The notes beneath the pieces are model-generated. The model was not told the origin of the DNA. It was given only the letters and a program-made list of their open reading frames with translations, and searched no databases. DNA of 64,000 nt, from assembly GCA_037447605.1 (NCBI GenBank), contig CM074804.1, forward strand, positions 1,178,001 through 1,242,000. The letters are read 5' to 3'. Below are positions 12,201-22,878 of the stretch, in pieces. Source of the stretch: Zygnema circumcarinatum SAG 698-1b. Taxonomy: Eukaryota; Plantae; Zygnematophyceae. The position numbers were made by a program, and so were the translations under genes. Positions within the stretch are counted from its first letter, which is position 1. Each line of letters starts with the position of its first letter.

Positions 12201-15200
12201 AAGAATCCAGTCATATTTCGCAATTAAATTGGCCGTTCGATGGCTCTGTCTTATTTGTGCCTGTTGATCCTCGGTTTTCGAAAATGATAGTGCATGTGAA
12301 CGGGCTCCCAGACAACATTAAGGCTCGGTTTATGGAGAATGATCCGTCGCTGGGAACGGAACTGATCGCAGCGAGAGTGGACACGTGGCGAACAACTAGC
12401 TACCTCCCACATGCTATTCTGAGGCAAAGTTTAGGGCAGGCTGGGGAGATTGAAACAGAGACAGCAGCAATTCTGTTTCAATACTCCATTCACACCTTAG
12501 AGTATCCACCTGCAGCTCTCGCATGCCTTCCACGGACTCCATGGAAAATACCTTCAGATGTAATTCGGCAGCGATGGGACCTTCGAGATCGGCTCATTTT
12601 CTCCATAGACCCACCGACAGCTCGAGACCTTGACGATGCTCTCTCCATCGAACTGCTGCCTGAGGGAAAATTCCGAGTGGGTGTTCACATTGCTGATGTG
12701 TCATACTTTGTGAAGCAGGGGACTGCTCTGGATAAAGAAGCGCGTAGGCGTTCAACAAGTGTCTATCTCATACAGCGAGTGCTGCCAATGCTTCCCTCTC
12801 TGTTGTGTGAGAAGCTCTGCAGCTTGAATCCAGGTGCAGATAGGCTCGCATTCTCTGTGGTTTGGGATATGAATTCGGAGGGGGAGGTGACAAGTCAGTG
12901 GGTCGGAAAGACGGTGATTCGGTCCGCATGTAAGCTGTCTTATGGTCACGCGCAAGAAATGATTGAAGGCAGGTTTCCTCTGGGAGAGGAGAAAGACGGA
13001 AAGGACGAGGGAGGGAGAGGGACTGGCAAAGGGCGTAAGCTTGGGAGACCTACATTGCATGGGGCATTCACGTGGGCTGATGTCAATGATACTGTTTTGG
13101 CGTTGAATAGTATTGCAAGAAAGTTGAGAGCTCGAAGGTACGCGAATGGGGCGGTGAAACTGGACAATTGTAAGCTGCTTTTCACATTAGATGCAGATGG
13201 GAATCCGGTGGAAGTGGGCCATTACAAGGGTAAGGAGGCAAATAACTTGGTGGAGGAGTTCATGCTTTTAGCGAACATGTCAGTCGCAAGAGCGATTTCT
13301 GCCGCATTTCCAAACGCTGCTCTTTTGCGTCGCCACCCAGAACCGAACGCGAGGAAGCTTAGTGAGCTTGAAGCTTGGCTTAAAAAGCAAAGCTTCGAAT
13401 TCGATGCTCGTTCTTCCGGATCGATTCAGGAAAGCTTGTTGGCTCTGCAGGATAAAACTAGTCATGATTCGGCGTTGTTTGAGATTCTTCTACTTGCAAC
13501 AATAAAGCCGATGCAGTTGGCTAAGTATTTCTCCACAGGGGAGCTTCCAGGAGCAGTGGACGAATGGGGGCACTACGCCCTTGCCACTCCCTTCTACACT
13601 CATTTCACTTCCCCTATTCGGAGATATCCTGATCTTGTTGTACATAGAACTTTGGCAGCGGTTCTGCACGCAGAGGAACTTCTGCATGCGAATAAAGTAA
13701 AAGTGATACAAATCACTGACGGTGGGGCTGTTCCGTTTCCGTTAAACGGAACTAGTTCTTCCATCTCTATACAGAGTGTCCCTGTGGGTTATTTAGGGCC
13801 GACAGGGACGCTGCAGGAGGTGATGAATGGGAAGTCGCAGAAAGGAAGGCATAAGCAGAAGGGACTTAAGAAAAAAGATCATTTGGGTATTTCAGACACA
13901 GGGGAGAACATGCGTAGTATTGAAGGGAGTAGCCGTTACTTTACAGGGCCAGAAGTGAATGTTTGTGAAGAGATGCCGGAAGAGGTGAAGAAAGCAGCAG
14001 CCGTGGCTGCAAAGGCGTACTCTCTTTTTGAGTCGGACGAACTTGCAGAAGTGGCGAAGTATTGCAACGAGCGGAAACTGGCGAGTAAGAGCGTGCAGGA
14101 AGCCTGCGATAAGATTTATCTCTGCGTTCTGCTCAAGCGCTGTAAGGTGAGCTCAAAAAAAAAAAAAAGGGAGTAAAAAAACAACAAAGAAAAACAAAAA
14201 ACTTACAAAAGAAGTTTCTAGTTGTTGGTGGGTTCTTTTTCTCCTCGGCGGCTTTTCTAGCACAGATTACAGATCGTTTACTCTCTCGGAATGAAGGCGT
14301 GCTGCAGTTTCGCTCCGTTGATCCTTTGAGAACAGTGCAGCATGGCTGCTTTCAACAGTCACGGAGACGCAGCATAGAAAAGCAAGCATGCAGTTGTAGA
14401 ATGGAAGCGCCTTTTGGAACGTTGTTCTTCTGATGATTGAGAGAAGAGAAAAAAGAGAGAGAGAGCGAGAGAAAGAGAGAGAGAGCGAGAGAGAGAGAGA
14501 GACTTGTGGGGGAGGAGGGGCTCCACAAAGCGTTTATTTATATATGGCTGCCACTCGTGCAGGGCATGTTTTCGGATGCGCGGGTGATGGGACTCGGACC
14601 CCAATTTATGACTGTGTATGTTCGGAGATTTGGGGTGAGCGACATTTCCCATTTTCCCCTCTTTCCTCTCTCTCTCTTCCTTTCTCCCTCCTCTCCTCCC
14701 CCCCCCCCCCCTTTCTCTCTCTATCTCTCTCGCTTATCCATTTTCGGTCTATATTGTAATCATATGGACATGGAACTGCTTTCTTTCTCTAACCGTTGTT
14801 TTTTTGTTCGTTTTTTTGTTTTTTTTCAGTTGGAGCGCTGCATATTTTACGCGGACATGAAGGGAGTTCAAGCCGAATGGTTTGAAACTACCGGAACTTT
14901 AGTCCTTGATCTCATTCCCGACTCAAAGAACGATCAAGTCAAGTCAAAAAAGCGCAGCAACAGGTCAAAGAAACAAACCACTCGAGGAGGGGGTGTCGAG
15001 TTCGCAGATGTCTTCAACAGATCAGAGGAAGCTTCCGAGGAGCTTCTGGCACTCCAAATGGCGTCCATGTGGCCTGATGAGGAGGGTTCAGAGCCGGATG
15101 ATGACGGGCTCGAGGGGGAGGAGGGTTCAGGGCCTGCTGAAGGGGGGTTTTCGGGGGATATGGGGAGAGAGACCGTTGTGGAGCCTGCTGTTCTTCCGTT

Positions 15201-15360
15201 AACGCTGCAGATGTTCTCTCAGGTGCCAGTATTGGTCTATACGGTTGGGGGTGGAAATAAGCCTATGGATGTGGCTGTGAAGCTTCACCTTGCGTCCTAC
15301 ACCGCCTTCTTGAAGGAGGAGGAGGAGGGGGCGGGCAGTTTCACGCTGTACGGAGGGTGA
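9262..15360 (+). CDS. DIS3L2: DIS3-like exonuclease 2 (RNB/RNase II family 3'-5' exoribonuclease; SOV-like)
   Basis: Exons ~9262-9397, 9768-10702, ~10848-10900, ~11133-11201, 11344-12010, 12178-14146, 14562-14634, 14830-15360. Motifs: FRVNAYNRFE|AYVTLEGL..QNRA|IEGDIVA, SIDPPTARDLDDALS (catalytic Asp cluster), VGVHIADVS, RRSTSVYL, LVEEFMLLAN, HYALATPFYTHFTSPIRRYPDLVVHR. Confidence 0.95.
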
Positions 15361-16001
15361 TCTGTGGGGTTTCGCAAAGAGCAATGTCCTCTGTGTGTAA
15401 GGAAAGGAGGGTTTTCCGTTGTATGGGAGGACTTCGCTTAATGGAAAAGCCACGTGTTTCCATGTGTCTGTCCGGTTCTTGTTGCGACAGTCGCTCTGTA
15501 GCTGTGCATGGGTTGTTGATGAGGTCGAGATGAAAGGATCGAAAGACGGACGTAACATATTCATCGAGTGCGGAAAAGCTTAAACCTTACGCCATGATGT
15601 GCAATGATGAACAGCAAGAATTTGACATCCTTTACCCTTAAAACCCTTCAGGGCTCTAAGCCTACACTATGTGTAGCACATTGCGTATAATAATCAGAGG
15701 GGCTGAACCAAGCATCACATCGAGTCACGCGGTCTCATCTAGGCCGACTAAATCATCTCGCCTTTATGCAGATGGTCAAAGTTTTGTCGGATTCAAACCC
15801 TAATCTTGCAATGGCATACTCTGCGGTATTCCATCATAAAGTAACAAAGAGACTAATAGCCCGCTGCTCTAATGAATATCTGACGCCTATTTCTGCCCCA
15901 ATGCCCCCTCCTCCTCCCTCCCTCCATCCCTCCCCCAAGCACCAACCACCCCTAAAATGATTCTGAATTCCTAAAAGCCCAAATGAAAAAAGATTGGAAG
16001 C

Positions 16002-16322
16002 TCAAAGCAACTGCACTCCTGCATCCCTAATGCCATCCAAAAGCGCCTTCAGCTTGCCATGGTACCTCTGCCCCTCCTTCAATTCGTGCACTATGGCGTG
16101 GATGTCCTGCGCTTGGAGCCGCAACGCTATGGCTCGACCCACGCATGCCGCCGCTTCTTTATCGCTCGTGCTTCGCAAATTCGCCCTCATCTCCTTCTCG
16201 GAGCTCGCAGCAGCAGCAATGGTCTGAGCAGTGGGGAGATGCACCGCCTGGGCATACACATACTTGCAGGACATGAATACCTTCAGCGCCAGAGGTTTCG
16301 CATACAATAAGCTTCGCCCCAT
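16002..16322 (-). CDS. Ribosomal protein uL18 (L18p/L5e) family, organellar type, 106 aa
   Basis: LALKVFMSCKYVYAQAVH..AAASSEKEMR..STSDKEAAACVGRAIALRLQAQDIHAI..RYHGKLKALLDGIRDAGVQLL fits the uL18 pattern. Confidence 0.9.
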   Translation of the reverse strand: MGRSLLYAKPLALKVFMSCKYVYAQAVHLPTAQTIAAAASSEKEMRANLRSTSDKEAAACVGRAIALRLQAQDIHAIVHELKEGQRYHGKLKALLDGIRDAGVQLL

Positions 16323-16862
16323 TGGGAAAGAAGCCGCCGCGAACTATTGAAGTGTCGGCGGCGCCTCAAAAGGCTAAAGGTGGTGAGAAGGAAGGAACCT
16401 AAAACTGTGAATTATTGATTGTGACCAAGGAGCCCTAAATTATATGCAGGGAAGCGGAGGAGGTGGTCCGGGGATGGCAGTGAAGGATAGTGCGGCAGTT
16501 CAATTAGCAGAGTGATATCAATGCTTAAATGACGTGAATGCAGCGAAGCTCTCAACCTGTAGCAGGAGCAATTGTATGAATCAGCCGGAAAGGCAATTCC
16601 TTCTCAATTTGAGAGAACTAGCCCTCGAATCTCGACCTGCTATCCGGCTTATTATAGCGGGCGATTTTAGCCTCGCAATGTCCGAAACTGAAACATTCTT
16701 AGTCTCCGATACAAATCAATCGCAACCTCAACAATGTAACCCTAAAAAAGTAACCCTAAATCGTAACCCGAGTCTCGCCAGCTCCCTCTCGAACTCTGCC
16801 TCTGACTTCAGCTAAGTAAAACACTGCGCCGTCACGGTTTTAATATCGTCCTTCGTCCAGGA

Positions 16863-16916
16863 CCAATCATGGATTGCCACGTGTACATTAGTTCTTACGT
16901 GGCAAGCCGTGATTGG
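16863..16916. promoter_or_regulatory. Inverted pair of CCAAT-N9-CCACG (ERSE-I-like) elements in the divergent uL18/TTC1 promoter
   Basis: CCAAT-catggattg-CCACG at 16863-16881 (+). On the - strand, CCAAT-cacggcttg-CCACG at 16916-16898. The 20-bp arms match 18/20 with a 14-nt spacer. Confidence 0.6.
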
Positions 16917-17058
16917 CTCATCAACTGAATGAAAAAATTTACCCGCCTCATGCGGCCATACATCCATGGATGACCCCGCGAGGTCATGAAATTTTCGCAG
17001 CGATTCTAAAAAGGTAAAAAGAGTTTCATCCGATTAGGGTTTCTGCTACACTGCAGCC

Positions 17059-18049
17059 ATGGTGGAAATCAGCGAATGTGAAGAGGACACGCGTCCCGCT
17101 CCTCCCTCCCGCATGGCAGAGAAGCCGTCACAGTCGACCGAAAAGCAGGCAACGGAACTGAAACAGGAGAGGGAACAGCGTTCTGGGGAACGGAGCGATG
17201 GGGTCAGTGCAGGAATTAGAGAAGAGGACGGCGATGATGATAATGTCGATAATAGGAGTGGGGTCGAGGCAGTGTGTGGGAACAGCAACACGGAGGAGGA
17301 GGGCGATGAGGGGGAGCGGAGAGTGGGAGAGAGGGAGGGAGACGGGTGGGAGACAGCAAGTGAGGGAGATGAGTCTCCGTCGAATGGAGGGGAGGAGCTT
17401 TTCGAAGATGCATTGAGCGAAGAGGATCTTCGGAAGGTGCGATGCGGACATTTTCTTATGAAATTTTAGGCATTTTCACGATATTTTTAAAGTCCAAGTG
17501 TTTTTTAGGCTAGGATTGGGAGTATTTGAATTGGCTTTCGGTGGCTGAGGCCTTTTTGAGGTTTTGTTTTGTTTTTTAGGGTTTAACGGATCTACAAACG
17601 TTTAGGGTTTTTGAGGCGCTGTCTGCTTGTCGTCGATATATGAAGCGATGAATTGCTGTAGAATTTTGCATGCTGGGGAATGGTGCACTTTATATGATGA
17701 CCTAAATTCACAGGTCTTGTTTTCGATAGCCAACCAGCAATGTTTGCATCTCACCACTAGTTACCAATACTTCGGATTCATGCAGTCAGAAGTACTTTCT
17801 TCTCATGTTCCGGTCCCGATACCTAGAACTGTATCCCCGCCCTCGTCCTCGTATGTGTCGTCACAGTCAGTTTTGCGCTTTTGAAAGGAAAATATTGGAG
17901 ACGTCGCAACTCGAACTTCCTTTCTATTATTCATCTCGATTGTGCATGCAACAAACTGCATGAGTGACCCAACAACATAAGCGCATGTGAATACCGCCAT
18001 CACCTCTTCGAGCATGAATGTTAGCATGACATGCTTCCCCTAGAGGCCG

Positions 18050-18082
<33 letters not shown>

Positions 18083-18357
18083 CATTGTTGTTGAGGAGAG
18101 GGCGGTTGGGGGCCGGAGCGAGTGAGCGCAGAGGGCGATCGCGCAGGCGGAGGAGTGTCGGCGCGAGGGCAACGCGCTGTACGGACGGGGGGCCTTGGGG
18201 CCCGCGCTGGAGCAGTACGGCCGCGCGCTGCGCCTCCTCCCTGACCACGCCGAGGCCGCCGAGGCGCGCGCGGCCTGCCATGCGAACAGCGCCATCTGTC
18301 ATCTGCAATTGGTGAGCGCGCTCTCCCTCCCTCCCTCCCTCCCTCCCNNNNNNNNNN

Positions 18358-18393
<36 letters not shown>

Positions 18394-19450
18394 TTCTCCC
18401 TCCCTCGCTCCCTCGCTTGGCTCCCCCTCTCTCCCTCTTCTATGTCACCTCCCACTCTCTTTCTTTTTTCCACATCTCTCTCTCTCTCTCTCTCCCTCTC
18501 TCCCCTTTCCTTCCCACTGCTGGCCAACCGAGTACAATCAACTCATTCTCACCCTTCCTCTCCAAAAACTTCCGTCCCCGACGGAGGCAGTCAGCCACAA
18601 CTGAACCAATACTCTTCAAAAGCAAATCACTTGAGCCTTGTGCCATGGTCCTTTGTTGACCGAGGAGCTTCCTGCATGGAACGCCGTTAGGGTTTCTTGG
18701 GCATTAACTGAGAGACCATGAAGATGCGTTGCTGCAGGATGAACTTGAAGCTGCCGTGAAGGCGAGCTCTGCAGCGTTGGACCTTAAACCTGACTATGTC
18801 AAGGCGCTGCTGCGACGCGCTCAGGCGCAGGAACGGCTCGACCGCCATGAAGAAGCTCTCGCAGGTAGGGTCACTCTCGAAGGTTCTGTAGATGTAGAAG
18901 TTCAGAGCCTCATGTTTTTTAGAAAGTTAGGAGTAACTACTTTCGTGCTTGCGCTTTTTGTACTTTTTTCTGTGCAGATCTGAAGAAGGTGGTTGAGTTG
19001 GACCCCAAAGATAAGGCGGCAATTGCGTCGGTGAGGAGGTTGGAGCCGATAGTGATGGAGAAGAGGGAGAAGATGAAGGACGAGATGTTGGGTGAGTGGG
19101 GAGCCCTTCTTACATCACTCAAAAGTTTTTGGACTATCATCATCACACGTGTTTAAATTCTTCCCGACATACTCACTGCAGATTTGTAGGACGTAAACAT
19201 TCTGGATGCTTCTTAGACCCCAAGCATTCTAATTGCCAGATTCACCGCTGGATGACCTCGTTTTCAATGGTCCAAGGTGATCCTTAGCTTTGCTCCTCCG
19301 AGTTCTGATGTTGAAGTTTTGTGTCGGTCCCCAGGGAAGCTGAAAGAGCTCGGAAATTCGATCCTGGGCAACTTCGGCATGAGCGTGGACAACTTCAAGG
19401 CCGTACAGGACCCCGCCACGGGGTCCTACTCCATCAGCTTCCAGAACTGA
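17059..19450 (+). CDS. TTC1: Tetratricopeptide repeat protein 1-like co-chaperone (acidic N-terminus, 3 TPRs); 5 exons
   Basis: Exons ~17059-17436, 18131-18310, 18739-18864, 18978-19091, 19336-19450. Reads AEECRREGNALY..CHANSAICHLQL|DELEAAVKASSAALDLKPDYVKALLRRAQAQERL..|DLKKVVELDP..EKREKMKDEML|GKLKELGNSILGNFGMSVDNFKAVQDPATGSYSISFQN*. Confidence 0.93.
18050..18092 (+). repeat. (TTG)n microsatellite in TTC1 intron 1
   Basis: Direct inspection. Confidence 0.9.
18348..18357. other. Assembly gap (10 N) within a CCCT/CT repeat
   Basis: N run in the sequence. Confidence 1.
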
Positions 19451-20741
19451 CCAACCCTCCAGGGAGGCGAGGCGAGGCCCATTAGGGCGAGCAGATGGAA
19501 GGTGTTCACATGTCAAGTGTAGATAGGGCTGGGGGGGCTGCTGTGAGGCATGAACGGGAACTTGGGACCAATGTTGGGCATGTTATACATGTGGGTTATC
19601 GGGGCTCTAGCAAGGTTGTGCATGCGAGGGCTTCAGGGGCCTTTCTGCAATGCCGCATTGTTAAGGTTTAGGTTTTAACCTAGGCCTACGATTTGCCTCT
19701 GAACATTGTTCTTTCAACTCATGCACTGGGCCAACAACAGCAAGCAGACAGAAAGCCCCAAATCTGTATTGGTCTGCACAGTACGCAGTTGCAGTTTGTC
19801 GTTCTTTCTCCGTTACAGGAATAACTGTCACCCAACCGCCAATAACGGCTCCCGCCCGCGAAACCGCCAGTCAACAAGTTTCCGTTTTTCACAAAACGAC
19901 AAAATCTGCCACCCCTCAAAATTATTCACAATCATAATCCCAATTTCCGGCTGTTCAATTTCGTAGTTGTCCGTACAACCAGATGTACAGTACAGTACAC
20001 CTGGCTTCGTACAATCACTAATCCGTGCCGTTCGTACAGGTGCTCGCCGTAAAACCACAGAAATCCTCGCTTTCCGGAAAACAATCCCTTCAGGATTCTG
20101 CCCGTAACCCAAAAACGTTTCACCTGCCCGACCTACTCAAATATTGTCTGACGTGGCGCCCATCCATTGGCTTTAGTCAAGATGTGTCCATTTTCCACCT
20201 AAATAAAGGACTATTTCTGACCGCAAATTCGTCTCCATCCTTACCCGCCACCCGCCGCCGCCCCTCCGCCGTCACACGCTTCCTTTGACCGCCGCGCCGC
20301 CACGCCAGCTCGGGCCCAAACCGCCGCTTTGGGACCACTTAGGGCCCATCGGCTGACGCGGCGCGCGGCGCTGGCGCGGTCCCAGGGTGTCACCGTGGCA
20401 GGCCCTGACGTGGCGCCCGATTCTTTCCTTGTCGCGACGCGAGCCTTATCCGCAGGCCGCGCCCCGAACGACGTTATCCACATCAGATTTTATTCGGCCT
20501 GACTCAGCGCCACGCGAAGCCGCCCCACTGGTCCCTCTGTCGCACGTGCCGCCTCTCTGGGCCAATCAGCGCGTCCGACTCCGACCGGTCCGCCAATGAG
20601 AAGCCGTCGTTGCGCGTGCGCTGGCACGGAATCTTTTCTGCTGCCTTTCCTTTTCCGAGAATCCGCGGCGTGGCGGCCCCGGCGGGCGCCACGTGCCCCG
20701 GCCTCCCGCCTTGTCGGAGGGTCCCCCCCGGCCCTTTGGGG

Positions 20742-20804
20742 CCTATAAACGGCGGCGCCGGCCAACTACATTAAGACCGTCCGCACGCTTCAACTTTTAG
20801 GGTT

Positions 20805-20878
<74 letters not shown>

Positions 20879-20880
20879 AC
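20742..20880 (+). promoter_or_regulatory. TATA-like box (CTATAAA) followed by a (CT)n 5'-leader tract for the RCxWPR gene
   Basis: cctataaac at ~20742, (CT)n at ~20809-20878, then gccATGGCG at 20923. Confidence 0.55.
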
Positions 20881-20922
20881 ATTTCATCAGACGTAAGTGG
20901 AGCAGCTTGAGAAGGCGCAGCC

Positions 20923-22878
20923 ATGGCGCTGGCGGTTCACGGAAGCCACACGTGTCTGACTAGAGCTGTGCAGACGACGCCGGAGTGCATCTACGACGGG
21001 CAATCCAAAGAGCTCGCAGCCTTCACACGCAAGCAGCAGCGCCGAGTGAAGCTCTTCCTCCTGCGGGCCTCCCGACCCCTTCTGCGGAGCGCTCCCGCCC
21101 TGCAGTCCCGCACGGCCCGGCAGCCATTGGAGGGGCACGAGCAGTTGCAAGAGCAGGAGGCTCCGGGCCCTTCTGCTCCCACGGAGCCTCCCAGTGGCGA
21201 CTCGGACCCTCTCCCTCTGCACGCCCTGCAGGAGCTTGAGAGGGAGCGGGCGCGGTGGGGGAAGCAGCGCCGTCCCACTTCTCGGCCGCATACTCAGTCT
21301 CCCTCCGCCATGGATTGGATGATGATGATCTCACAGGGAGTGTCGCTGCCGCGGTACGATTGGCCCATTATCGGCCGACCTTCTAAGGAGAATGTCTCTG
21401 TCTCAGAGAGGGAGCTGTGGGGCATCATGGAGTCGCCGGAAGCTTTCGTTTTCACACCACCCAGCCCATCCGGAGAGTCGGAATCTCTAACGATCGAGAT
21501 CGACGAAGAAGAGGAACTCCTGGTTGATGCCATCCCTGCGAGTGAAGAAGACGATGAACCTGAGGCTTCGTCGTCATCTCCTTCTGTCTATCCGCGCTGC
21601 AGCTGGCCCAGAACCTCGACAGTGCAATCCATGGGGGCCTCTGTCGCCCGTGTCTCTCCCGCGCCCGCCTCTCCTGCTCCTTTGTCAAGCTTTGCTCGCT
21701 GCAACTGGCCCCGCAGCAATGCAGCTTCCTCCCCTCTTCAGATGGGCCCCAGATGTGCCTGGCCACGCCCTTCCTCCCAGACATCTCCATCCTCTGAAGT
21801 GCCTCATTCGACGAAATTGACAACTTCGGGATCTCCATCTGACACCATCTTCGAGCAACTAAAGGACCGGCAGCCGCGCCAAGCCGACGTCGACTCCCTA
21901 GAGAGACTCTTTGTGGGAGAGTCCAACATAGGGGCCCCGCATTGTGCTTGGCCTCGGGTCCATATCCCAAAGCCGTCCGATTCAACCGCTGCTCCGCCTG
22001 CTGCTGCGCGCTGCGCCTGGCCCAGGAATGGAGCTGCTCTTCCAATGCAACTTTCTCCCGTGATTCCATCCGAAGGGGAGACGGTTTTGGCTGCTCGCTG
22101 TGCATGGCCGCGAGTGCTTCCAACAGCTGCCAGGTGTGCTTGGCCCCGGAGCAAGGGACCTATTGCTGCACCGGAGGCCATGTCGCCGAGGGTAGGGGGA
22201 GAGGGAGCGAGGTGTGCTTGGCCCCGGAAGGGGGGGGTAGTCGGTAACGAGAGGGTGGAGGAGATGGCTGTGCTTGGGTCTGGGGCATCCTCAAGCGCAG
22301 TGGGAGAAGTGGCAGATTCTGTGTCTGCAGAATTTGAAGCTTATGCGAATGGGTGTGGTTCGACCTTTACTGATATTGCAATTGCCGCTGAGGGATGTTA
22401 CCCTCGTTGTGAATGGCCGCGAGCTTCGAGGACAGAGAGGGAGGGGGTGAGAGCAGGTGTGGGCAGGGAGGAAGCCAGGCAGTTGGTGATTGCTGGTGCG
22501 CTTTCAGCTGTGGTTGGAGAGGGGAGATGGGCAGGGGGTGAGGGAGAGGTAGAGATGGGAGCGGCCGCTGGACCCGTGTCAGCTGTTGCTGCAGTGACTG
22601 GAGCCATGCATGCTGCTACGGATTCAGTGAAGCAGGCTCAGGAAGCGATGGCGAATATGGGGGCGAGGTGTGTGTGGCCAAGGGGGATGAAGGGAGTCCC
22701 TTCTATCGCAGGTGGAGAGGTGGCCCCTGCGTTGGGCCCAAGATGCGCGTATCCGAAAGTGACAGGGAGTGGGGGTAGAGGGCCGGAGGAGGGAGAGGGA
22801 GAGAGCAGGAAGGAGGATGTGACCATGGGAGGAGCACGATGCCCGTGGCCTCGGCAGAGCAAGACGCTCAATGTGTAG
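20923..22878 (+). CDS. Intronless 651-aa low-complexity protein with 12 [RH]Cx[WY]P[RK] motifs; function unknown
   Basis: Long ORF with gccATGGCG start. The motif is conserved at protein level despite varied codons, and spacers are S/P/A/G/E-rich. Confidence 0.9.
   Translation: MALAVHGSHTCLTRAVQTTPECIYDGQSKELAAFTRKQQRRVKLFLLRASRPLLRSAPALQSRTARQPLEGHEQLQEQEAPGPSAPTEPPSGDSDPLPLHALQELERERARWGKQRRPTSRPHTQSPSAMDWMMMISQGVSLPRYDWPIIGRPSKENVSVSERELWGIMESPEAFVFTPPSPSGESESLTIEIDEEEELLVDAIPASEEDDEPEASSSSPSVYPRCSWPRTSTVQSMGASVARVSPAPASPAPLSSFARCNWPRSNAASSPLQMGPRCAWPRPSSQTSPSSEVPHSTKLTTSGSPSDTIFEQLKDRQPRQADVDSLERLFVGESNIGAPHCAWPRVHIPKPSDSTAAPPAAARCAWPRNGAALPMQLSPVIPSEGETVLAARCAWPRVLPTAARCAWPRSKGPIAAPEAMSPRVGGEGARCAWPRKGGVVGNERVEEMAVLGSGASSSAVGEVADSVSAEFEAYANGCGSTFTDIAIAAEGCYPRCEWPRASRTEREGVRAGVGREEARQLVIAGALSAVVGEGRWAGGEGEVEMGAAAGPVSAVAAVTGAMHAATDSVKQAQEAMANMGARCVWPRGMKGVPSIAGGEVAPALGPRCAYPKVTGSGGRGPEEGEGESRKEDVTMGGARCPWPRQSKTLNV

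Noticed and set aside
17803-18527. Minus-strand ORFs within TTC1 intron 1/exon 2
   Set aside because: Antisense shadows plus TTG/GA repeats.
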